Below the pieces are notes generated by a model. It was not told the origin of the DNA and ran no database searches. It worked only from the letters and a program-made list of their open reading frames with translations. The translations under genes were made by a program, and so were the position numbers. DNA of 64,000 nucleotides. Origin: Terriglobia bacterium (lineage in GTDB: Bacteria; Acidobacteriota; Terriglobia; UBA7540). The stretch spans positions 9,875 to 73,874 of the forward strand of contig DATJYK010000085.1 of NCBI GenBank assembly GCA_035578005.1, written 5' to 3'. Positions 48,176 through 57,403 of the stretch are shown one piece after another; within the stretch, counting starts at the first letter, position 1, and every line of letters starts with the position of its first letter.

Positions 48176-48248
48176 TGTCCAGCAGCCTCGCGGAAAATGG
48201 GATTTCGGACGTCGGAAAGATGAGGCGTCAGAGTTTGGGCGGGAACTC

Positions 48249-48280
48249 GTGGATTCCCGCCTTCGCGGGAATGACTGCGT
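48249..48280. repeat. family B palindromic repeat (ATTCCC-N8-GGGAAT core), compact copy
   Basis: GTGGATTCCCGCCTTCGCGGGAATGACTGCGT is the reverse complement of 63103-63129 plus the shared GAATGACTGCGT flank. Confidence 0.8.
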
Positions 48281-48324
48281 GGAGGCAGGATCTTTAAGTC
48301 CAACCATGTCAACCCCGCGGAAGC

Positions 48325-48374
48325 GGGGTCCATCGGGGTCCATCGGGGTCCATCGGGGTCCGTCGGGACCCGTG
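48325..48374. repeat. tandem 10-bp repeat (GGGGTCCATC x3 plus two degenerate units), preceded by a CCCCGCGGAAGCGGGG hairpin
   Basis: GGGGTCCATCGGGGTCCATCGGGGTCCATCGGGGTCCGTCGGGACCCGTG read directly; it abuts the family B repeat. Confidence 0.85.
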
Positions 48375-49409
48375 GTTTTTATTGACAATCCGGTAATCAT
48401 GCGCTATATACATATCGACGTCGCGTCTTTGGGGTTGGCGGCATGTCCATTCGTCTCAAACGTACGGTGACAGTGGCGCGCTTGGAGGCCAATCGGCGCA
48501 GCGCCCTCAAAATCGACGGGGCCGCGCACAGAGGCCGGCAAGCGCCGGTCGAGTTTGAACGCGCTGCGCGGGGGCGGGCGATCAAGGGCTAAGGAATTGT
48601 TCTGGTGGGTTCTGATGAATGCACGGGTGGGCAAGGTGCTGCAGACGGCTCCCGAGTTGATCACCCGGGAGCAACGTTCACTGCCCAGCATCGATGAACG
48701 GCTGCAATGTTTCTTGTCCGAACAGGACATTAAGGACGCGATTTGCTGGCGTAGGGCCGTCAGGGCTCGACGAAAAAAGAGTTTTGCGATCGAAGCCTAA
48801 GACTCCTTTATTATCAACACGAATTTCGAACGAACCCAGCATCTATTTGATTCTAAGTATTTTATTTCATTAACCCAGCATCTTATTGATGCTCAGTGAT
48901 TTAACTGATTTCTCGACACTTTAGAACCTGCCGCTCCCGGGCGCTGGGCATAGCAGTCACGGGATCGAGATAGATTGGTGACACGCAGTTTTGCGGAATG
49001 TTTACTTGGCCCGCGCACTTGAATACTGTAGTTGATGTCTGTCTGAGCTAAAATCGCCCCCTGCGACGGGTGGCGCGGTGCCTGCTGGTCCAGAGGCACC
49101 CCCAAGCCGGACCCCCACCATGATGTGTGACGGCCGTCACAGCGTCTTACGTGCCATGTTGGGAGAGTAGCGCTTTATGGCAAACGCTGAATCGGTGGCT
49201 GCCGGATGGGTGGTTGCGGGAAACGGTGGGATGGTTGTGAACCGGTTGCCGGGATGTATATTGTTTAGTAACCTGTAAATTCTTACACTTGCTTCCTGAA
49301 CGTCGGGGCTGTCAAATCGAGGGTCTGAATAGAATGAAGGTTTTCGGGGGGACGAAACGTCGCTCGTCCACCCGTGGCAGGCGAAGGCTGAGAGGAGAGC
49401 AATCGTCTT

Positions 49410-50525
49410 ATGCGAGCCAGACCAAGCCTTACCTTTCAAGTAATTCTCCCCGCTCTAATCTTGATGCTTGCACCCTGCCGCCTCTTGCTTGGGCAGAAGT
49501 TACCCGAGTCCACTCAGGGACCGTCGGTGGCGGCAACCTTCATAACGGGAGACCCTAAGGACTACGCCGGCATTGAAGAATGCCGTTCTTGTCACAAGCC
49601 TGAATACAGAGAGTTTGAGAAGACAGTTCACGCCGCGGTTAAGGTTCCCGGTAAAGACTACATCTCGGGCTGCGAAGTGTGCCACGGGCCGGGAAAGGCC
49701 CACTCGGACGCGATTGAGGCAGCCGAAGGCGACGAAGGCAAGACGCAGAATGCCCTGGTGGAGCATCCGATCTTCTCGTTCGCCGTCAACGCCAAAATCA
49801 AGGTTGCGTTGGCGCAGTTTCCCATCTTCCGCTTCCGCTCCAACTCTAAAGAGAACGCGGCCCACTGCCTGCTCTGCCACATCAGCAGCAAGCAGCAGGA
49901 TTTCTTCGAGCACTCAACACACGTGGCGCACGGGATGTCGTGCGACCAATGCCACGCCACTCATTTGGTGGAAGCGGTGAAGGACCTGAGCAAAGGCGAC
50001 CTCCAGTCCCCACAGGGTTATTTCTTCCAGGTTCCGCAGCTTCCTGACGAGACGCGATGGTTGCACAGCAGCCTGCTGAAGCAGTCGGAGCCGGGGCTTT
50101 GTTTTGGCTGCCACGGCACCGTACAGGCGGAGTTTGCCCTGCCGGTTCATCATCGTGTGCCGGAGGGGCTGATGAAATGTACCGACTGCCATAATCCGCA
50201 CGGTACGCTGAACCGGGTCAGTCTTACCCGGCCGTTCTACGAAACCTGTGTGAACTGCCACGTGGAGAAGCGTGGACCTTATGTTTACGAGCATCCCTCG
50301 CTCAAGGTGGAAGGCTGCGTGGTGTGCCACAATCCGCACGGCAGCACCAACCGCCAGCTTCTGGTGCGGCGCGAAGGGCGCCAGCTTTGCCTGCAGTGCC
50401 ACACGGGATTCCATGATCAGGCGGGCGTGCCGCACAGCCGTTTTAGCTTTCAGACCAGCGGCGAGTGCGTCCGCTGCCACGTGGCGGTTCACGGCTCGAA
50501 CCTTGACCCTACCCTCCTGAGATGA
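49410..50525 (+). CDS. periplasmic decaheme c-type cytochrome (MtrA/MtoA/PioA-like)
   Basis: Signal peptide and exactly ten CxxCH motifs (CRSCH, CEVCH, CLLCH, CDQCH, CFGCH, CTDCH, CVNCH, CVVCH, CLQCH, CVRCH) in 371 aa. Confidence 0.85.
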   Translation: MRARPSLTFQVILPALILMLAPCRLLLGQKLPESTQGPSVAATFITGDPKDYAGIEECRSCHKPEYREFEKTVHAAVKVPGKDYISGCEVCHGPGKAHSDAIEAAEGDEGKTQNALVEHPIFSFAVNAKIKVALAQFPIFRFRSNSKENAAHCLLCHISSKQQDFFEHSTHVAHGMSCDQCHATHLVEAVKDLSKGDLQSPQGYFFQVPQLPDETRWLHSSLLKQSEPGLCFGCHGTVQAEFALPVHHRVPEGLMKCTDCHNPHGTLNRVSLTRPFYETCVNCHVEKRGPYVYEHPSLKVEGCVVCHNPHGSTNRQLLVRREGRQLCLQCHTGFHDQAGVPHSRFSFQTSGECVRCHVAVHGSNLDPTLLR

Positions 50526-50546
50526 GGGCCCAGGAACGGAGGCGTT

Positions 50547-52565
50547 ATGAGAACGAAATGCCGCTTTCTGATGTTCGCCGCCGGCCTTCTGGCGCTGCCC
50601 GCGATCTTGGGTGCGCAAGACAGCCAGGAGGCGCCGGTTGGCTTCGGAGGCTTCACCACCCAGGGGTCAGTGAGCGTCGGGGGCCGATTTACCGACGTTA
50701 AAGGTTATGAGCCCATGTACCTGGAGCTTTTTGACTTGCAGCCGGGCGTGCGCCTGATGGATTTCAACGCCTTCGGCGAAGCTAAAGAGGGCACCAACCC
50801 CTTTGCCGACAGCTATTCCATGAGCATGAGCAATCTGGGCGGCGACCCCTTCCCGACGGTGCAATTCAGCGTCATCAAGAACAACCTTTATGACCTGCGG
50901 GTGAACTGGAGACAGGCTTACTACTATTGGAACCAGAATGACGACGTAATCCTGCCGATCGCGCCTGTGGCCAAGCTCTCAACGGGCCTCACCAACAACC
51001 ATGACTGGGCCACAGTGCGCAAGTTCGGCTCCGTCGACTTCACCTTGCACGCCACCAATCATCTGCGGTTCCATTTCAATTACTACCGCACGTCCGACAG
51101 CGGGTCCACGTTTACCACCGCGTCGCCCGACTTCCTGGACTCGCCGGGTTACTGGGGCGGCTACGCGCGGGCGAATCCGTACCCCCTCTACGCTCCCATC
51201 AACGATGAGACCAACCGCTTCACCGGTGGAATGGACTATACCTTTCACTCCTGGACCTTTCACTACTCGCTGGGCTACCAGACGTTCAATGCGATCACGA
51301 ACGCCACGAATCAGACTTCACCCTTGGTCAGCATTAACCCGGCCGCGAGCTCGGCCACTGAACCTCTGACCAGCTTCACCTGGTCCCAGTACAGGCGCCT
51401 GACCACGCCCATCAGCGAATTGTCAGTCGTCGGAAAGCCTACTTCCAAGCTTGAGTTGCGGGGCAACTACCTGTATTACAGGTACACGGGGCCCCTAAGC
51501 TTCGATCAGTCCTTCAATGGGATCGCTCCTGACGCCGACGGTGTTCTGACCCCCTACGCGGTGAGCCAGAGCGTGCGAGGCACGGTGAAGGAACCCGACC
51601 ATATCGGTGGCATGGGATTCACTTACAACTTCAAAGATTGGTGGAGTTTCAACGCAGACTATCGCTATTCGCGGATGTCGAGCGAGGGTATCGGCAACTT
51701 CAGCAGTCTTTTCAACGGCACCACGCCGGCCACCAACATGGACGACATCGTCTGGAAGAACGGCGTCAGCGATTTTGACTTCACCATGGACCTCACCCCG
51801 ATCGGCACCCTGGTGATCCGGCCCGGCATTCATCTGATGAAGGCCGACGTGCTGACATCAGAGTTTGGCGTGACTGACCCCGCTCTCACGCTGCGCACCA
51901 AAACGGCCTGGCCCGAAATCAGCGTGGGTTACGAGCCCTCCAAGAAGTTCAGCATTCGAGGGGACCTGCACAGCTTCTGTAACGGTGCTTCCTATACCGC
52001 GATCACCCCCCATACCCAGGTAGGCGGGCGGGTGGTGGCCCAGTGGCACATCACTCCCAAATTGTCCTTTGACAACGAACTCAACCTCACGAACAGCAAA
52101 CTGATTGACACCAACTATCGGAGCAACTTTCACGCTAACGCCTCCACCCTGTCGTACGCCCTCAACGACCGTTTCTCGCTCTTTGGCGCATTCAGCTACG
52201 AGAGCTTCTACGCCCAGGGAGACATTGTCTACATTCGTGGCACCCCACCTCTAAACGACTTCCTGCAGGACCAAGAGATCAACCGGGTGTGGCAGGGCGG
52301 CCTCGATGTGAAGCCCACGCGGCACTTCGGATTGCGCTTCAGCGGCAACTATGTGCGCTCCACCGGTCTGGGCTATGTCAGCGGTGAACCGCCGGCCTAT
52401 CGGCCCCTCTACTGGCCGCTGGCAACCGGGACCGTCTTCTATGACATTCCCAAGGCCGGCCGGATTTCGTTGGATCTACAGCGCACTTATTACATCGAGC
52501 AAATCGTGACCGCCAACAACTTCCAGGCAGATCTGCTGACCATCCGCTGGACCCGCGATTTTTAA
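50547..52565 (+). CDS. outer-membrane beta-barrel protein (MtrB/MtoB/PioB-like porin partner)
   Basis: Signal peptide. 672 aa with alternating beta-strand-like segments rich in Y/N/G/T and a C-terminal aromatic residue (..WTRDF). It lies immediately downstream of the decaheme gene. Confidence 0.6.
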   Translation: MRTKCRFLMFAAGLLALPAILGAQDSQEAPVGFGGFTTQGSVSVGGRFTDVKGYEPMYLELFDLQPGVRLMDFNAFGEAKEGTNPFADSYSMSMSNLGGDPFPTVQFSVIKNNLYDLRVNWRQAYYYWNQNDDVILPIAPVAKLSTGLTNNHDWATVRKFGSVDFTLHATNHLRFHFNYYRTSDSGSTFTTASPDFLDSPGYWGGYARANPYPLYAPINDETNRFTGGMDYTFHSWTFHYSLGYQTFNAITNATNQTSPLVSINPAASSATEPLTSFTWSQYRRLTTPISELSVVGKPTSKLELRGNYLYYRYTGPLSFDQSFNGIAPDADGVLTPYAVSQSVRGTVKEPDHIGGMGFTYNFKDWWSFNADYRYSRMSSEGIGNFSSLFNGTTPATNMDDIVWKNGVSDFDFTMDLTPIGTLVIRPGIHLMKADVLTSEFGVTDPALTLRTKTAWPEISVGYEPSKKFSIRGDLHSFCNGASYTAITPHTQVGGRVVAQWHITPKLSFDNELNLTNSKLIDTNYRSNFHANASTLSYALNDRFSLFGAFSYESFYAQGDIVYIRGTPPLNDFLQDQEINRVWQGGLDVKPTRHFGLRFSGNYVRSTGLGYVSGEPPAYRPLYWPLATGTVFYDIPKAGRISLDLQRTYYIEQIVTANNFQADLLTIRWTRDF

Positions 52566-52628
52566 CTTGCGCGCTATGCTGGATCGGCTACCATAGCTAA
52601 GATTCACTGCACTCTAGGAGGAATGCGA

Positions 52629-52982
52629 ATGAACCTTTTCCCCCAACGGCTGATCCGACGTGTTCTGGGAATCGCGCTGCCTGTCGCGGCGCTGGCGTGC
52701 CTCGCCCTTCCCGGGAAGCTTAACGCCCAGGAGGCCGCCGATCTTTACAACAAGAAGTGCGCCGTTTGCCACGCCAAAGATGGATCAGGAAATACCGCCA
52801 AAGGCAAGAAGGCGAAGGTCAAGCCCGTCCACGAAAATATCGCCCACTCGGAGGCCGATATGATCAAGATCGTGAACGATGGCAAGGGCGACGACATGGA
52901 CGGTTACAAGAAGGTTTACTCTGCCGATCAGATCAAAGCGCTCGTCGATTACTATCGTAGCCTCGCTGCCAGCTCCAAGTAA
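52629..52982 (+). CDS. small periplasmic monoheme cytochrome c (MtoD-like position)
   Basis: Signal peptide and a single heme motif CAVCH. About 117 aa. Confidence 0.7.
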   Translation: MNLFPQRLIRRVLGIALPVAALACLALPGKLNAQEAADLYNKKCAVCHAKDGSGNTAKGKKAKVKPVHENIAHSEADMIKIVNDGKGDDMDGYKKVYSADQIKALVDYYRSLAASSK

Positions 52983-53009
52983 GTCCGGGGTTCACGATAC
53001 GCTCAGGTT

Positions 53010-53657
53010 TTGATGGCCACATCGACCCTCTTCGAAGTTCTCTTCATCGGCATGGCCTTGGCGCTTGCGGCCCTGGTAGCCTTCCGCGCCGAGCTCACCC
53101 GGGCGCGCGGCGGAAAGATTCTGGCCTTTTTCACCCTCTTCATTCTGCCGGTTCTGGCCGTCGGGTTGGGTTATTCGGAGCACATGCAGCGGGCCGAGAG
53201 CACCCAGTTCTGCCTTTCCTGTCACGTGATGCACGACTTCGGCCGCAGCCTCTATGTGGACGATCCCAGCTACATCCCCGCCCGGCATTTTCAGAACCGC
53301 CTGGTGCCGCGAGACCACGCCTGCTACACCTGCCACACCGACTACACCATGTTTGGCACGGTGGACGCTAAGCTTCGCGGCTTACGGCATATGTATGTGG
53401 AATATCTCGGAAAAGTGCCGGCGCCCGCTGACATCAAACTTTACACGCCGTTCAATAACCGCGAGTGTCTCTACTGCCACGCTGGAGCGAGGGCCTTTGA
53501 AGAGGAGCCGAGGCACACCAAGACTCCGGACATGATGAGTAAGATTATGTCAAACCAGATGTCCTGCATGGCCGCTAAGTGCCACGATACCGTGCACGAT
53601 GTTGACACGCTGAAAGACGCCACCTTCTGGAAGGGAGGGGAGCAGGATGCCGAATGA
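53010..53657 (+). CDS. membrane-anchored NapC/NirT (CymA-like) multiheme quinol dehydrogenase
   Basis: N-terminal TM segments, heme motifs CLSCH, CYTCH and CLYCH, plus an atypical fourth site CMAAKCH. Confidence 0.75.
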   Translation: MMATSTLFEVLFIGMALALAALVAFRAELTRARGGKILAFFTLFILPVLAVGLGYSEHMQRAESTQFCLSCHVMHDFGRSLYVDDPSYIPARHFQNRLVPRDHACYTCHTDYTMFGTVDAKLRGLRHMYVEYLGKVPAPADIKLYTPFNNRECLYCHAGARAFEEEPRHTKTPDMMSKIMSNQMSCMAAKCHDTVHDVDTLKDATFWKGGEQDAE

Positions 53658-53886
53658 CGCTTCCTCAGCGGGCGCTCCCGTGGTCGAGAAGCGATTGCGG
53701 CTCGCCGGTCTGCTCATTTGTCTCGGTCTGCTGGCGCTGTTGCTTTCGCTGATTAAGGTCCACCCTTTGTCTTTCGTGGCCTTCGCGATGATTACCTGTC
53801 CGCTTGTGCTCGCCGGCATCGTCCTGTTCCTTTACTCGATTGTCTCGCATGAGCCGCACGGCGGCAACATTCCACCCAAGTCGTAG
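53647..53886 (+). CDS. small two-TM membrane protein, translationally coupled to the NapC-like gene
   Basis: ATGCCGAATGA start/stop overlap. Two hydrophobic helices (LAGLLICLGLLALLLSL; LVLAGIVLFLYSIV). Confidence 0.4.
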   Translation: MPNDASSAGAPVVEKRLRLAGLLICLGLLALLLSLIKVHPLSFVAFAMITCPLVLAGIVLFLYSIVSHEPHGGNIPPKS

Positions 53887-53917
53887 CGCTGGCGGGCCAG
53901 AGAGCGCAATCACTCGA

Positions 53918-54868
53918 TCAAGCTGACCGGATCTTAAACCCCATCTTTTCGAGCGCCATTGCATTGGTCCGAGCAGCCTCGGCCGGCCCGCCGGGCGGCG
54001 GTTCGTATGCGTCCAACTCCACGATCACCCAGCCGGAGAATCGAGTCTCGCGCATCGCCGCGAGAATGGCGGCAAAATCCACCGCGCCGGTGCCGATCTC
54101 GCAAAAGTGGTATTTGGCGGTGCGTACTTGGTCACGGTTTTGTGCCGCCAGCTTCGCGATATCTTTGCGCACGTCCTTGAAATGAAGGAACAGCAGGCGG
54201 TCGCGATACGTGCGGATCACTTCAGCCGGGTCCGCACCGCCCAGGCTGAGATGGGCGACGTCCGCGATCAGTTTGACGTAACTCGGGTCCGTGGCCTCCA
54301 GCACTTTTCCCAGTCCCTGCCGCGTCTCGCCGAGAGTCCCGAAATGGGGGTGATAGCCCACTTGCAGGCCGGAGTCGCCCGCGATTTTGCCAAGCTCGTT
54401 CATGCGGGCGCCGAGGGCCTTGATCTGGTCCGGCGAATAAGTCTGGTGAGGATGGCCGCCGTCAGTGACCTGCAAATAATGCCCGTTGAGCCCGTGGAAG
54501 AATTGCGCGTACGCCGCGAACTTGTTGCTCACCGGGCCAAGAATCGCGGGGTCCAACGTGACTCCCCAGCAGGAGAGCGCCACGGGAGTGATGTGGAGTG
54601 ACTGCAGCTTTTCGTGCAACTCGGCTTGCTTTGAGCCCGCGTATTCATCCGCAACCCAGCCCAGCAACTGCGCGCCCTGATAATGCAGGGAGGAGATGGT
54701 GTCAAGCGCTTGTTCGAACTGATTGCGCGGCCAGGAGATGGTGGCGTAACCCACGGGATTGGGCAGCGACGCAGCAGCGGCAGACGCAGGGAGCGACGCT
54801 GCCATCCAAGCCAGCCCCGCCTGACCACTGCGAACAAGAAACTCACGCCGGGGAAGAGAGCTTTTCAT
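53918..54868 (-). CDS. Tat-exported sugar-phosphate isomerase/epimerase (xylose-isomerase-like TIM barrel)
   Basis: Twin-arginine motif RREFLVRSGQAGLAWMAAS and TIM-barrel family sequence (GYHPHFGTLGE, LHFKD). Confidence 0.7.
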   Translation of the reverse strand: MKSSLPRREFLVRSGQAGLAWMAASLPASAAAASLPNPVGYATISWPRNQFEQALDTISSLHYQGAQLLGWVADEYAGSKQAELHEKLQSLHITPVALSCWGVTLDPAILGPVSNKFAAYAQFFHGLNGHYLQVTDGGHPHQTYSPDQIKALGARMNELGKIAGDSGLQVGYHPHFGTLGETRQGLGKVLEATDPSYVKLIADVAHLSLGGADPAEVIRTYRDRLLFLHFKDVRKDIAKLAAQNRDQVRTAKYHFCEIGTGAVDFAAILAAMRETRFSGWVIVELDAYEPPPGGPAEAARTNAMALEKMGFKIRSA

Positions 54869-54934
54869 AGATAATTCCTCACTGTGATCGGCTAATCGGG
54901 CCATCGAGCCATCGGGTGATTGAAGGATCACAAA

Positions 54935-57382
54935 TCACTCAATCACCCGATGACCCGATGGTCGGATCACCCGATGACTCAGGGCCCAGGCCGCAAGGTA
55001 AGCGGTTGCGCCGCAAGCCAGGGTGATCTTCAAACCGAAGTTGATGGCGATCACAATCGCCAACACCGAACCCAGAACGCTGGAGCCAGCATTCAGCGCC
55101 CAGGCCCACTCTACCAAACCGCCCTTCGCGTCGGTAGCGCTTGCGGTGTCCTGCGTCAATCCGGAGATGTCGTCATCCTCCGGCGCCGCGGCCACGGCTC
55201 GCAGTCCAGTGGGAAACGGCATTCCCATCACGAATCCCAGAGGCGCCAGGAGTGCACCGCTCACCAGTAGCTTAAGTCCGAAGGACAAGCCCACGCCAGA
55301 GGTGAGGAGAGACGGCAAAACGAGAGTGTAAGCCAGCAAGGCTCCGACGATGACCGCCAGCGGCAAGTGAAGGCTTTGAGGCCGAAGCGCCAAACGACGC
55401 GAAACCAGGCTGCCCACGCCGCTCGACAGCAGCATCAGGAAGATGACTACCGTGATGGCGTAAGTCGGATGCCCCAGGTATAGCACCAGGCGCTGCACGA
55501 AGGTGATCTCCACGAGAATGTAACCTAGCCCGAGAGCGACAAAGTACACCAGGCCCAAAGTGGCCTTCGGTCTGTCCGGTCCGCCCAGGGCTAGAGGCAG
55601 AATGAGCAAAGCCAGCACCGCCAGGATCGAAATCAGAAGCACGATTCCCAGCACCACCACGCCGAGGCTTACCTTCCAATCAATTCCCCGATGCGTCTCG
55701 CCCGCGGCCGCTAGCACTTGCGGCATCTTGAGCGTGAAGAAAAAGAAAGGTGCGTCATCGCCCACCGGTGAGATGTTGTAAGGGTAACTTCGGACAAAAG
55801 CGCCGGGATCACCGGACGTGATCAACTGCGAGAACGGGTTGTTTCCCGGTGCAGACGGCAGGTACAAAGCACGGAGGTTTGGATTGGCTTGAAGGTACGC
55901 CTGGACGCGCAATTCTTCGGCCGCTGTAAAGGGGCTCTTTTTGGCGAGAACCGCCACCGGCCGCCCGTCTTCATTCAGGGAGCCGTCTGAGATCACCATG
56001 AAGTTGCGCGCCGGGTTCGTCGCGCCCAGCCGCCGCAGCGCTTCAAGCGCGACGGATGCCACTCGCAAGGCCTCGCGCGGCTGTTTGAATTCCCAGCGAG
56101 TCACAGCCACCAATCCGTCCGGCTTGAGATGCTGAAAATATTGCTCGAAGGCCTCGGTTGTATAGAGGTAACTCTCACTCAGCGCGAAGGCCCCCGCTGC
56201 CGTAGACGCCCAGGTGTCCACCAGCGTCATCTGAATGACGTCGAATTGAGCTTTGCTGCCACGAATGAAGGAGCGGCCGTCGCTCACCACCATGCGTACC
56301 TGCGGCAAGGCATAGAGGTTGTAGCTATAGTCCGCGTATTGTCCGCGCATGATGGTGTTCGCAATGAGAGGATTGATCTCGATGCCGGTAACGCTGGGGC
56401 TCCCGTTGGCGACGGCGCGCAGCACATCCACGCCGCCTCCCGGTCCGATAATGGCGTAGTCGCCGTGCGGACGCAGCACATTGGCAGCCCCGGGCGGCAC
56501 CGACATCAGATCCCTCTGCCACACCCCGTTCCACGCCAGCGGATTCACGTTGACGATCGCGCTGTTGGCGTCCGCATCGATCACGATCCACTTGGACTGG
56601 TCGGGCTTGCGATCAACTTCGATACGCGAAATAGCGTTCCAGCCGACGAATTCAACCTGGGCCACGCTGCCCACGCGAACGCCTTTCGCATACACAACGT
56701 CCACGAGGCTCCAGAAGCGATTGGCGGTGATCAGCGCGAGAAGAGCCGCTGCCAAGGTGAGGGCAACTTTGCGGCCTCTGCTCCCTAACGCCCAGGCGGC
56801 GCCGGCGAGCGCCATGGCCACTGCGGCGAAGATCACCGCGCCCGGTCCGCCCACCAAGTCAAGCAGCGGAACCACAGCCAGACAAGCAAGCGCCCCGCCC
56901 GCCAGGTCAGCGCCGTAGAGCATGGGAACTTGCTGCGAGTTGCGGGCAAAGACCGTCGCCAGCAGCAAGCCTGTAAAGAAGAAGGGTAGCGCCGAGGAAA
57001 GATAAATGACTGTTAGCTTGAGGAAGTTGGCGCTGCTCAGCCCGAGAGACACAGGGATGTGAAGAACAATCTCAAGCACAAGGAACGTGGCAACAGCATT
57101 GATGGTGCAGCAGGCGGCGGCGAGGGACCGCATAGGGTAGCGAGCCAGCCAACGGCGCCGTAAGTATGCGAACACGCCGCCCGCTCCCAGCCCCAAGAGC
57201 GCGACGGAGATCGCCAGAAACGCAAAGTGGTAGAAGAGGATTACAGAAAACAGGCGCGTGAGACTGAGCTCGAGCAGGAGGGCGGCGAAGCTTGCCAGCG
57301 CCACTCCTATGAGGGGCCGCGAAGAAATCGGCGACCGGTCGGCTGCCCTTGCCTGCTCGAGTTGCTGTGCGACTTGAGCCAT
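54935..57382 (-). CDS. large polytopic membrane protein with an embedded spermidine-synthase-like (aminopropyltransferase) domain
   Basis: Multiple TM helices flank a Rossmann-type region (YAIIGPGGGVDVLRAVANGSPSVTGIEINPLI) typical of fused spermidine-synthase membrane proteins. Confidence 0.7.
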   Translation of the reverse strand: MAQVAQQLEQARAADRSPISSRPLIGVALASFAALLLELSLTRLFSVILFYHFAFLAISVALLGLGAGGVFAYLRRRWLARYPMRSLAAACCTINAVATFLVLEIVLHIPVSLGLSSANFLKLTVIYLSSALPFFFTGLLLATVFARNSQQVPMLYGADLAGGALACLAVVPLLDLVGGPGAVIFAAVAMALAGAAWALGSRGRKVALTLAAALLALITANRFWSLVDVVYAKGVRVGSVAQVEFVGWNAISRIEVDRKPDQSKWIVIDADANSAIVNVNPLAWNGVWQRDLMSVPPGAANVLRPHGDYAIIGPGGGVDVLRAVANGSPSVTGIEINPLIANTIMRGQYADYSYNLYALPQVRMVVSDGRSFIRGSKAQFDVIQMTLVDTWASTAAGAFALSESYLYTTEAFEQYFQHLKPDGLVAVTRWEFKQPREALRVASVALEALRRLGATNPARNFMVISDGSLNEDGRPVAVLAKKSPFTAAEELRVQAYLQANPNLRALYLPSAPGNNPFSQLITSGDPGAFVRSYPYNISPVGDDAPFFFFTLKMPQVLAAAGETHRGIDWKVSLGVVVLGIVLLISILAVLALLILPLALGGPDRPKATLGLVYFVALGLGYILVEITFVQRLVLYLGHPTYAITVVIFLMLLSSGVGSLVSRRLALRPQSLHLPLAVIVGALLAYTLVLPSLLTSGVGLSFGLKLLVSGALLAPLGFVMGMPFPTGLRAVAAAPEDDDISGLTQDTASATDAKGGLVEWAWALNAGSSVLGSVLAIVIAINFGLKITLACGATAYLAAWALSHRVIRPSGHRVIE

Positions 57383-57403
57383 TAAGTGTTCACAGCGCCC
57401 CGG

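Noticed and set aside
48249-48280. neisserial dRS3 identity for the family B repeat
   Set aside because: The ATTCCC-N8-GGGAAT architecture matches, but the GC content and gene content are inconsistent with Neisseria. I treat it as convergent or coincidental.
48325-48374. possible CRISPR array
   Set aside because: It is only a 10-bp unit repeated head-to-tail with no spacers, so it is a simple tandem repeat.
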